A program made the translations under genes and the position numbers. Shown here in pieces: positions 10,642-21,480 of a DNA stretch of 25,000 nt. A model generated the notes under the pieces. It did no database searches, was not told the DNA's origin, and was given only the letters and a program-made list of their open reading frames with translations. The stretch comes from Takakia lepidozioides (taxonomy: Eukaryota; Plantae; Bryophyta). The DNA is taken from contig JAKLZA010000059.1 of assembly GCA_030704615.1 (NCBI GenBank), forward strand, positions 1 through 25,000, in the 5' to 3' direction. The first letter of the stretch is position 1. Every line of letters begins with the position of its first letter.

Positions 10642-10746
10642 TCTGGCACCTTCTGTCCTTGTCCTACAGCCCTATAGCTCTCCCTGCTTGCCACCCTGTC
10701 TCTATGCCCCAGAGAAGATCACCAGTCTCCCATTGCACCTGTGCAG

Positions 10747-11051
10747 ATAACATCCTCTCCTCCTCTCTGCAGCGAGCACACCAGATATCTGTCAAGCTTA
10801 CACTCAAGCTCACCTCTGCAACTCTGTCTCTCTCGTGCCAGTTGACCCTAGACTACCTGGTACTAAGAGATGGCCGTTAGTGTAGGAAATGGTATACAGC
10901 ACGCGTCTCAAGTGCTTCAAGTTCCGAGAGATTTCTATCAAGTACATCAATCTAACTTGGACTGTCGGACGTTAACACTTTGAAATGGAGAAATGGAAAG
11001 AGCCTTGGAATTCAGGTAGCGAGGAAGGGGAACCCGGAAGGTCTTTGCAAT
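10747..11051 (+). pseudogene. Inverted duplicate of the PLA1 5' UTR and first ~60 codons (source ~16055-15748), frameshifted
   Basis: ATG at 10870 reads MAVSVGNGIQHASQVLQVPRDFYQ, then a 1-nt deletion leads to TGA at 10981. About 11 differences in ~184 coding nt versus the PLA1 gene by hand count. Confidence 0.95.
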
Positions 11052-11212
11052 TTACCATGGCGTTCTATGCTACGCCTCATACAGGTTTAGATTTCAGACC
11101 CAGCGAGGCCGTAATGGGCAGAAATTATGCTAAATGTGCAACCTTTCGAACCGCACAACTCTCACTTGACTTCATGGCTACCACAGAGAAAGAAATAAGA
11201 TGAGAGAGGTAC

Positions 11213-11712
11213 CTGTAAGGGTAGCAGAAGAAAGCCATCTTAAGCGGCTTTATCGAGAAGTGGATGCCTTGACCCAGTTAAGGGAGACAAATGGTTGCTT
11301 GGGACCTGCTGAAGAAAACAATGGGTCCATCCTGCTACATACAAGGCCTGAAACTAACATTGAATTACCCCTCATTTTCTGTCATTGAGGACAATGACAT
11401 GCCTTTTGGAGGGGGAGCTTGTTAGGTGCCTATGGAGCCCGGACTGGAACAACGAACCAGCCCATCAGAGAAGGGCGTAACCGCTGAACCTTCGGAGCTG
11501 ATCTTTACGGACACCCGCAGGTGACAAGAACTTGGGCAAGCTGGTGGCTTCAAGAAGCTAGGGATTTGTAAAGAAGGTGCGGCCAGGGCGCGAGGAGGGA
11601 AGTGTGGTTGAGCAGGCCTAAATCGAGGAGAAGGCACATATGATTTGAAGAGAGGGCCTCAGATCTGAACAACATGTGTGATATGTGCATAGAGGAGATG
11701 AGAATATATATA
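11213..11712 (-). promoter_or_regulatory. Candidate TATA box (TATATATA 11712-11705) and non-coding leader exons (~11680-11403 and 11305-11213), possibly the yqgF 5' UTR
   Basis: On the minus strand the TATA is followed by a CT-rich leader, an AAG|GCATGT donor at 11403, a ttttcttcagcag acceptor at 11306, a CAG|GTACCT donor at 11213 and a tctgcacag acceptor at 10739. Confidence 0.4.
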
Positions 11713-12219
11713 GCATGGTGTGGCGGTTGGGTGGACCGGAAGAGTAATCCGGTACTGTGCTGTCGGGAATAGATAAGGCATAGATGAGCGGTGGGTTTTC
11801 TTGCTGACTGAAATCAGAACGTGATGCCTTCTCTACCTAGAATGTACAAGCTGTGAATAGAGTTCCATTAAGGGCAAAGCGCCGAGTCTCACTAAATTTT
11901 TCCACTGCAGAGGGATTAACTCTGAGGGCAAGAAAACCTTGCTTTGGCGTGTTCTTAGACCTGCCTTGGAGTACGGATACCTGGATCCCTCTGATAGTGA
12001 GCAGAGGAGTGTCTTACACTGGCGTTGATTTTCTCTGTTGAATGTAATCAAGTGGACAGCTCCTTCCTTGGAGCTTTTGGAATGGATCAACTGTATGTGA
12101 CTTCATGTTATAAAACTGAGATCTGATTGGATAGAACTGGTGCTATTGTTGAGAACTGGACAAAACGTGTAGAAGTGCTACGGTTGAAATAAAGACAGAG
12201 CGGTGATACGCCCCAGGGA

Positions 12220-12270
12220 ATCGCCCCTTGTGAAGGGGCGCCAAAAAGACGTCCCTTCACGAGGGGCGAT
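12220..12270. repeat. GC-rich nested inverted repeat (21-bp arms, 9-nt loop), probably part of a degenerate MITE ~12198-12567
   Basis: atcgccccttgtgaaggggcg-ccaaaaaga-cgtcccttcacgaggggcgat. Each arm is itself quasi-palindromic. The related motif ggggcgatt and a Harbinger/Tourist-like end (catgctc|tta) lie at 12537-12570. Confidence 0.7.
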
Positions 12271-13465
12271 CAAGTTTAACTGTCACCTTTGTTTTTTCCA
12301 ACAGCGGGGCATAGCTTTACAGAATCATATTGATTTCCATCCACATTAAGTCAGATTTTAGGAGAGGGAATGATTTTTGACATCTTCATCTGAAACTTAT
12401 ATTAATTGTAATTCACACTGTCTAGGCCCACATGACAATTGGTGCCAAGATTTCTAGAGGGGTGAATGGAAAGGTGTCCATGGAACCACCCCCTCTCATT
12501 TTTAAGGGGCAACTCCCTCCTGGGCCGCTTGCTTGGGGGGCGATTGGGAGTGCCCTGGAACATGCTCTTAATCTCAAATAATCTCAAACCCTTTCCGAGC
12601 TCTAGAGACTTGTAACCTTTGAGTAAGATCTATGTTTGCCAAGATGCTTGGCAGTTACTGGCTGCTCTTTCTATCGTATCCACTCCGATAGCACCTTGTT
12701 TACATTTGATAGACAAGTAAATATGGTACTCTTTGTCTAGCTGCTAAGCTTGTTGTTCACGAGTTGCTTCTTTCAACATCCACTACTGAAACTACCACTT
12801 TTGTCAGTTCACTTATGACAAATATTGGAGTGGGTTAGAGTATAAAAAGTAAAACCTTCTGCAACAAATCACTACTCAGATGAGTTATTAACATGAGGCT
12901 AGTTCTCTGTGAGAGAGAGACTTTGCGGAGACATGCAAGTCAATGGAGAAAATGTGGTCAAAGTATCTTACAGCATGTTAAGGCCCTGATTGGTGTGTTG
13001 TGCTGAGTCATGCTCCCTAGTCTTACCTTCCTCTTCTTATGTTGTGCCAAAGCAAAGCAAAGCAAGAGAGCCAATTGCCGTTTGAGGCTTGTTTTATATG
13101 AGGGGGGAATAACGTGTGGAGGTTTTTGAAGAAAATGAAGAAAAGATGAAGATGAAGAAAATCTATATTTGCAATGACTGAAAATGCAGCAGCCTTGAGA
13201 TGGCGTAGGCAACTGGGGGTGTGAATGAGCTTCGTATACGTTCTTTATAGGTTACAACTCGGGTCTGAGTAGTACATTTGACATATGTACAGAGTACAAT
13301 TGGTTCGCAGCTGATTTAGCTGCCCTGCTGATCCTGAAAATGTTGTAAGATTGTTCAACAACAATCCTACACTGAAAAGCCTGAGTTAAGATGGCAAGTG
13401 TATGAATTCAAGGTCCTTTTTCACTAGCTAGTGTGATGATGGGGGACGGTCGGGGATCAACAAGG

Positions 13466-15931
13466 TCAAACCCACCGGTCGTGCGCATTGCTAGAGGGTC
13501 TGTCATCCTCCTCCCGATCTGGTTGCACCCATAGCCCATTGCTAGACCTCACCAAGCCCTTGTTTTCCTGCTGCCACCACGAAGGCGGTATCCCGTTTGT
13601 TTTCAAGAGCCCACAAGATTTGTTCACCAAGGCGATATCCCTCCCAGTCGCAGAGCTGAAGGGACGATTGGGTCCATGATAGCCATCCAACACATGCAAA
13701 TAGGAGGCTTCCAAATTGTGGAAGGAAGAATAGTCTGTATTGTCAGCATCCAGCATAGGAGAACTTTTGTGATCCAACTTCAGCTCCACACCAACATGAG
13801 TGTACGTCCATGGGAGGCGATCAAGCCAGGGGCTGACAAAGTTTTCGAAAGCACCAAACCACTCAAAGAACTTTTCATTGATAAAAAGCCCGGGCACTTT
13901 TGGTACAATGTCATGTACATTCACCACCCGAAGAACATGCACGCCGAGCTCTTCCAATCTGTCCCTGAATGCATCATCCCCTACTCGCGGACCTGCAAAT
14001 GTGAATACTGACACAGGGATTGATCCCAATGTGGGTTTTCCCGTCTGGGAATCTGCCTTTTGGGATCCCCCTGTTGTTGAAGCTGACTCTGAGGAATATC
14101 TTCTCTCAGATGTGTGGTCGTAGGTGTGCTTAGCTTGCTGCTTCTTAGGGCGCTCATTGAGCTTTGAATGGGCTATGTCGTAGGCGCTCAGAAGTGCAAG
14201 AGCTCCTCCGAGGCTATGGCCAGTGATGGTGATACTCAGTTCTTCGTCAGCGTATAATTCGACAAGCCTGCGAACTTCCTCTTTCACCTGCACATTAATG
14301 CTGTGCGATAAGATAACAGGGACCTACGTTTTACTGCATTACAGAACAGAAGAGAGCAAATGTGATAGTACACGTACATGTGATGATCGGAGACAGTGCA
14401 AAAGCCACGCAGAACAAATGGACCAAATAGATGGAAATCTGCCATTGTTTTGTGAATAAGTCCGGAGCTCTACACTGTACAAGAATCAGAGAGTGAAGAT
14501 ACCTGTTCGGCTGCACTGTTCTTGTTGTATCTGGTCTTCTCATCTTTGGAGGTGTAAAGGCTGAAGAAGCCGCTCTCCACTTTTACGTGCCTGTCCGTCT
14601 TCCCAGATTTCCTCCGACTACCAGGGCTCAAAGGAGTCAAAAAGTCTCTCACATCCTCCAGCCACTCTAGAGCCATGACAGTGCCCCTCCATGATATGAC
14701 AATGTCTCGTCTGCCGAGCCTCTTAATCTCCTCTTCGTCGGTCGCGACCGTAACGAATCCCATCCAGTTGGAATCACGGCTCCAGGGGTCAGAATCGGCC
14801 GACCTGCGGAAGAACTTGGGTACCTGGATGTCGGACATGGCGTAGAGGTATTTGGTCACTTCGTAGCCACTATCGCCCAACCCAACTTCTTGCAGAAGTT
14901 TTTTCTTGTTGAACCTGCAGCCACACATGTACAAGTTGGTCAGCTGAGCCCAACACTCGAAGCCTTAAGACCTCATCCATGAGTCTACATATTCTGCTTT
15001 AACAGGAAAGCTGGATTTCCGTGCAGAGTGCTAAGAGAGAACTCGAGAGGTTCGCTACACTTTGAAAGATATATGTAGTACAAGTAAGCAATTGTTTTCC
15101 GACTCTAAATATCGGTCTGACTGACCTGCTGCTGCCGCAATACTTGGACCGAGGTTCAAAATCAAATGCATCGTAATTCGCTTGAGCAAATTCTCCGTAC
15201 TTCATGACCTCCTCTCGCAGCACTGAATCCATGGGTTCAAGCAAACCCTGCCAGTTTCCAGCACCTTGGATATCCCTCCACCTTTTCGCCAGCTCTCCTT
15301 GTGACCTACGCTGACCTTTCTTGCTCTTAGGATCTTTCTGGCCTTTACTCGCAATATCACCGTCGTCTCGGTTATGAGCTAGATCCGCATCTCTCTCTAG
15401 AATGCTTTCTAAGTTGCCTTTTTTATCGTTCTCTGCTACTTCCACTGACTCCATCTCCTTGAACCAATCAATCTTCTCGAGATCAAGTAAACTATCCATC
15501 ACCAAACCTTCGTTCTTTGCCGAAAACCACAGCTTGGATGGGTCGTCCCTTACAACTTGTGGTTGTGGAGATGACGACTGTTGTACACTCACATCAAAGG
15601 CGGCCCTGCTTCGAGATACCTCTAAAGGCGGAAGCTTACCATTAGACCGTAGATCCTTCTTACTAGGCGAGTGCTCTACTCTATTTGCATCCTTATTGCT
15701 ACCACTATCACCAGAGAACGATGAAGAGTCTACAGACGAGAGATTACATTGCAAAGACCTTCCGGGTTTCCCCTTCCCCACTACCTGAATTCCAAGGCTC
15801 TTTCCCTTTCTCCATTTCAAAGTCTTAAAGTCCGACGGTCCCAAGTTAGATTGACGTATTTGATAGAAATCTCTCGGAACTTGAAGCACTCGAGACGCGT
15901 GCTGTATACCATTTCCTACACTAACGGCCAT
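13466..15931 (-). CDS. Phospholipase A1, DAD1-like/PLA1-Igamma type (lipase class 3), likely plastid-targeted; exons 15931-15126, 14914-14503, 14287-13466; 679 aa
   Basis: Motifs WRDIQGAGNWQGLLEP, YGEFAQANYDAFDF..SKYCGSSRF, SNWMGFV, LGRRDIVISWRGT, ITITGHSLGGALA, PRVG, VVN.HD.VPKVPG, YTHVG, HNLE.YLH, RDIALVNK, PPSWWQ.ENKG. Two GT-AG introns (211 and 215 nt) restore the frame. Ser-rich N-terminal extension. Confidence 0.96.
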
Positions 15932-16310
15932 CTCTTAGTACGAGATAGTCTACGATGAACTGGCACGAGAGAGACAACAGAGGAGAGCTTGAGTGTAAGC
16001 TTGACAGATATCTGGTGTGGTCGATCGAGCTGCAGAGAGGAGGAGAAGATGATATGATAGGAAGCGAAGGGGAGGCGGCAGAATGTATAGCGCCCGAAAG
16101 CGCGTATTCAATGCAGAGGCCGCTCGCATCATTCTTTGACCGCAATCGCTCGTGCCAAGTGCACCCCTCAGTCAACCGCAGAATGAACCGCAGATATTCA
16201 TTCTACCCTTCTACGGTTTCAAAGTCAAAGAGCGCCCCCTCCGGGCACCCGGCGGAAGCGAGGGTCGTCGGGCGCTGCGCGGTTAGCGCGGTTCTCCTGC
16301 ATGCAACGAG

Positions 16311-16413
16311 GCCATAAACCCCGACCAGCATCCATGTCATGTAACCCGACTTACGTATCCCAGCCATGTACCCTGACCGTACATTCCATGCCATGTACCC
16401 CTACCACAAGCAT
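16311..16413. repeat. Degenerate ~25-27 bp tandem repeat, ~4 units, in the PLA1 upstream region
   Basis: Units: gccataaaccccgaccagcatccat / gtcatgtaacccgacttacgtatccca / gccatgtaccctgaccgtacattccat / gccatgtacccctaccacaagcat. Confidence 0.75.
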
Positions 16414-16452
16414 GTAATTCAGATTGGGGCACATTCCAGCTTTGTATTTTGG

Positions 16453-16458
16453 CACGTG
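16453..16458. promoter_or_regulatory. G-box (CACGTG) ~520 bp upstream of the PLA1 ATG
   Basis: ggcacgtgtg. A single hexamer, so it could be chance. Confidence 0.25.
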
Positions 16459-16679
16459 TGAGTCCGGGCCCTTTGATTGAAGATAGACAAAAGATGCCCT
16501 GGGCTGTTCATAAAATTGCCATATTACTGCCATATAACTTGCGTTAATCATCTAGTTAAAAATACTAGATTACAATTGTACATTTTCCCAAAAAGGGACA
16601 ATTTTATAGTTTTTAAAAAATAAATAAAGGAAAGGGGACAGTTCTAACATGTAAGTATATCTTAAAAGCTATAAGAGTT

Positions 16680-16784
16680 TCTGCCTTCGGCTGCCCCTGT
16701 TTGCCTTCATGGCTCTGAAAGGGGGTTTATTTTCCTCCCTCAAGGTGGGGGCTGGTTCCCTTGGAAAAAAGAAAAACGAAAAGA
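16680..16784 (+). mobile_element. Very short 5'-truncated non-LTR retroelement tail
   Basis: Shares gcct..atggc..tctgaaaggggg.t.attttcc..cctcaagg with the SINE at 22512-22559. Ends in an A-rich tail (aaaaaagaaaaacgaaaaga). Confidence 0.55.
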
Positions 16785-18829
16785 TTGCTGCCTTTTGCAC
16801 TCTTCTTGCAATAATTTTTACCTTTTGGACAATTCGGGCAGATCCAAAAAAAATGACAATGATGTGGCCTACGATGACATGGCACTTAGGGATCCTATTC
16901 CTACTCTACACTAAAACTAGTCCCCGACTTTTCAGTCATCGCTAGAATTTGTGTAGGATTATATTGGAAGACATTTTAGATTATATATATCCTCTTATAT
17001 GGAAATACTGAAAATGAACATTTTTATTTAAAAACACCCCAAATTCGCATAGCACATTTTCAAGAGTAAACTCCACCTCTTGATATCTAATACCATCACA
17101 TCTCAAAACCACGCACATGATGACTCTGCTGCATGCTTTGATTTAACAATTTATCACTTCATGCCTTGTGATCCAATGCTCACACCACTTTGTTCTTAAA
17201 TTTTAGACTGCTCAACATATTAGTTTTGATTAGACTGATTAGTCAGTTGGATTGTTTGCCATGAATATAATTAAACAAGTTTATGCACTCTGATGTGTTT
17301 AATGCTCATATATATATATAATTTTGTGCAATTTTAGCTTCAAATGGAGGGAGGTGTAATATCCACGCAACAGACTGCACGTTCAAGGAAGTTTCCACGT
17401 CCAAATTACACGGTGTGCAATTCAATTATAACCTCAAAGATCCACTTGGGTTCATAATATTTCCATTAAAACTCGGTGATTCGAAAGGAACAATAATGCG
17501 ATGTCAATATCAATGTGATAAACTATTATACTTATTTATTTTCAGTGTGTAAATTTTCACCAAATAATTCAAATGTGGTGATAATATTACATTAAAAACC
17601 CAATATATCTATATTCCAGTTTGTAAAGATTCTACCAAACTAATTAGATCTTGAACCAGATTTGATATAATTTAGTAGTGATAATAATAGATAATATTCG
17701 CACGGAATTCATGGTATAATGTATCATAATAAATATATTACGTACAACTCACTACATGTGAGATGAGGATAAAATCATGAATTGAATTCTCTTATAATTT
17801 ACAATAGTAAGGTGTATCATATTTCTCTAATACTTTTATTATTGTGAAACTACACTAGAGGATGACAATCATGCCTAAGTTACACCGTAATATTCGTATA
17901 GCTTGGACAAAGCTGCAATGGGTGCAAACAACAATTGTCTTATTATGTATTATTATTATTTTATTGTGGCAAATAAACATAAGACTAGTCTTGTTGCCAA
18001 CCTCATATATAGTAATTATCCTAGTAGTGAGTCGATCCAAATTTCAAACGCATTTGTGGATAAAAGCAAAGCTCAATATAGAATGATGTTTAGTAGTATT
18101 AACGATGCGGCCATCATGAGCAACCATGGAAAACCGAGAACATCATACTATGCCAAAGTGATAATCGATTGGAAAACATATCATCTATTAGTAGATACTG
18201 GTCCCAGCTCTTACTTGGATAAAATGTTGTTGGCATTGGTCCGACTCGACGCATTTGTCCGATTTGGATCCTTTTTGTGACAAAGTACGTTTACATATGA
18301 TATCTATGTCCATCACACCTTAAAATATATCAAATAATGTACATATAGGTTTTGTTTTACCCCAGGGCCTCATACATGGATAATGGCTTGTTGAAATACC
18401 ATTACATAAACTAATTATAATATATTTATTTGAAGTGACATATAATAAAATAAATTTTTATTTATAGGGAGCAAATGAATTATATGAACCGACCTTATCT
18501 AATCTGGTGAATTGTCGAACTGACCCAAATTGTCAAAACATACAATGGACAATTAATTAAAGAACAGCTCACTTTCATTGTGATGCAAATTCGTCTTACT
18601 CCTGTGGATATGACGCTCATTATGGGGATGGTTACAATTCTTTTGGCTATCTGATGCAAGATTTTATTACTTTAGACATTATGGATCATCAAGCTAACCC
18701 AAAAAAATTGTCACCTCGTATTTATTTGGGGTAAATATTGTATACCATAGATCCGATTGTCACAAATATTGTTAAGACATTTTTATTCTTGATGACAAGA
18801 TCTCATGCGGAATGAATGTTGATATTAAC

Positions 18830-19222
18830 CGGAGGCATCTCAAAGGGAGACGATCAGCCTCTGAATTTTTCCTCCTCAATCAAAGTCGCCTGCATGCATC
18901 CTCTGGGCTAATAGTAGGCAGGCAGTTATGTTATATGGTCCTTCTCATTTCTCCTGGATACATCATGTACTTGCATTCATGCATTCTAGCATCATTAGGT
19001 GGAGTGGGGTCTGGCAGACAATGGTCATCCATCCTCATCTCCCAGGCCCTCTATGGGCTCTGCTTTTCCGGTAAGCAGGCTTTCTCCATTACGGCTGTCT
19101 CTCTTGCTTTCATTTGGGCTTGTCCGTCATCCAATGGATGTGTCTTATGCCTTATGGCATCAATGGGGTTTAATTTTTCCCCTCTAATAAACAAATGCTT
19201 TTTGGGAAAAGAAATAAATTAA
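18830..19222 (+). mobile_element. GC-richer insertion in the protease intron, probable LINE/SINE 3' fragment
   Basis: Composition contrasts with the AT-rich intron. It ends with the shared motif gccttatggc...ggggtttaatttttcccct, then AATAAA and an A-rich tail. Confidence 0.5.
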
Positions 19223-19703
19223 AATCAAAGTAACTTATTTTTCCAATTAAATATCAATAACTTTGTATAATTAATGGCTAACTTACTCACATCAACAGAT
19301 GTGGTCGTCGACAAAATCCAGCTATCAAAGGTGACCCTGACATGATTGAAAAAGATGGAATGCTTGGCTTAAATGGATCCAACATTGCACTACCTGCACA
19401 ATTAAAATTCTATGGCATTGTTGGAAAGAATATACTCGGCCATTGCTTCAGCAAGGATGCAAAACTTTGATCCATCTGGGTATCTATTTATTGGAAATCA
19501 TAATATTGCAAGAAGACAAGAAGTGATTTGGACCAATTTAGTTCATGAAAATCCATTGTAAGAACTATAATATATGAAATCATATGAGAATTGCATATTT
19601 TGATAAATATATATCATTTAAAAATTGTATTGAGAATTTTTTAATTAATATAATACTTATTCATTGTAGCATGTTTAAGTTTTTTTTTTTTTTGAGTTTT
19701 TTC

Positions 19704-20160
19704 CAGTGTTGGTCTGGTATATAGGTGAAGGACTGGTATAAAATACTGGTATATGCACTGGTATCAGATACTAGACCAGTCTGGTATCATTTGGGAGAAT
19801 ACTTGGTCATATACCAGACCAGGCTGGTATCAGTTTTTCATACCAGCCACAATACCAGTACTTCCCCGCCGTCTTCCTCATTTACTCTGGTATGTATACT
19901 ATATTAGTTTATGTGTATATATGCATACATACTTGTATTTATGCCTACATACTTGTATTTATGTTTATTTATTTAGTTATTTATATTGTATTTGTTTTCA
20001 CTTGATACATGCTAGTGATAAACTTGTAATTCAAGATGGCTTTGGAATGATACCAGAATTGATATCTCGTACCAGCTGGTATTGTGGTCATGATACTCAT
20101 ACTCTTACCAGTATGTAGAGAATTATACATCCACCATTATATAGACCAGACTGGTATAAT
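19704..20160. mobile_element. Truncated hAT-like non-autonomous element
   Basis: Starts CAGTGTTG and carries about a dozen ctggtat/ataccag motifs in both orientations, like hAT subterminal repeats. No matching right TIR found. Confidence 0.55.
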
Positions 20161-21021
20161 TTTTTTGTGATATGTCTTTGATTTATAAGTGGTCTTGATT
20201 CACATATTGTATCTTTAATGGGGTTACAATATATATAATGATGATGATATAATAAAATTTAATATTTAATATTCTTCAATATGTTCTGAAAAACAGGTAC
20301 GACGAGACATTTTAGCAAGATCAATATCATTATTTGAAATCATTGACACGAAACATACTCAAGCTTGTTGGGATTTTATACAGTAAGTTAATGATCTCTG
20401 ATCAATGAGTGGTTGCACAATGCATAGTGCAATCTTTGTGGTCATAAGTTCGGCCACTACATTGTGGTTTTCCTTTCATGTGCTACAAAATTTAAGTATT
20501 ATATTTAGAGCATGAAGTCCAATTTTAATATGTTTAATATCATCTATAGTATAAAATACTAATAATTCAGTTTGACACAGCAACGGCCTTACTAACTATG
20601 ATTTTTGGGAGTATATAATTTTACACTTTGAGGATGGAGGAACTTTGGAAATTGATCCCATCGTATATATGAATGGATATACAAAACCGGTAAATGGTCA
20701 AACCATTCATTGTACGGTAGATACTCTTAACATATTTATTCGTCTTTTGTTCTAGGTAAGGGCGGAAAAAAGAGATCCAACAGTTTATTTGGAGTTATTT
20801 GAGGGAAAAAAATAATAATACCTTCAGACCATACATACTTGAAACCGTGAAAGGGAAGAAGCATAGAAACTAAAAAAACAAACAATTATTGGGATGTCTG
20901 AAATAATGCAACCCTCATTTTGTTTTACTTTGTTTTATAATTCTGCACAACCATGCTTCTCAGTGAGAATGAGTTATGTATTAATGTAGGAAATATATGA
21001 TATTCTGCACCTTACTAGAAT

Positions 21022-21480
21022 TTTTTTTCATTTAAGCAATTGAGGCCACTGAAAGGCCAATGCCAACTACCACAAGAAAATAACTGCCCAATGGTGGAGG
21101 CCTAACAATGAACTTGTAGCAACAAGAGGGAAAATACATCCATTGAGAAACTAGGCAAATACATACAAACCAAGAGAAACTAGGCAAGGTCAAAGTTGCC
21201 TTTGACTCCATGGGAAATCTGAGGTCCATGATAGGACACCTGGGAGAGTCATTGCCACAATTTAAGTTCAATAGCATTAGTGAAGCCACATTTGACCACT
21301 TTGATGTGGAGCCAACTGATGTCAATTCTTTGTACTGATCGGAACGACCGCATAGGCGGGTGTTTCAGAGTGGGGATTTGCTTGGAGGAGCGGCGAAGAG
21401 CTGTCGCATAAGGGACCTTCTCTTGCCTATGTAGTTCAGAAGCAAGTTGTGTCCATTGCAATTTCATTTAATGTCGGATC
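21022..21480 (-). mobile_element. Possible 5'-truncated LINE 3' end
   Basis: GC-richer island with a decayed reading frame, a T-rich UTR-like stretch and an A8 run at its minus-strand 3' end. No diagnostic RT motif. Confidence 0.3.

Larger units (their letters stand above)
17862..20915 (+). pseudogene. Nucellin/APCB1-like pepsin-family (A1) aspartic protease pseudogene; exons ~17862-18284, 18468-18730, 19299-19557, 20297-20382, 20581-20689, 20756-~20915
   Basis: Hydrophobic N-terminus; YYAKV...YHLLVDTG/ALTWIKC (frameshift after DTG at 18194); LYEPTLSNLVNC..DPNC...CGYDAHYGDG.NSFGYLMQD...PRIYLG|CGRRQ...DGMLGL..ALPAQL..GIVGKNILGHCFS/GYLFIG..VIWT; ACW; ILHFEDGGTLEIDP..Y; NKQLLG. Internal TAA at 18558-18560, several frameshifts, and no exon with the second catalytic Asp found. 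Confidence 0.85.

Noticed and set aside
13488-15958. Plus-strand ORFs overlapping PLA1 (and similar antisense or off-frame ORFs over CK1 and AAC)
   Set aside because: Shadow ORFs of real coding sequence with no independent motifs.
16311-16413. CRISPR-like array
   Set aside because: Eukaryotic context, degenerate contiguous units without unique spacers, and no cas genes.
18185-18210. LVDTG as a retrotransposon protease
   Set aside because: The surrounding exons match pepsin-family nucellin-like proteases, and no gag or RT is nearby.
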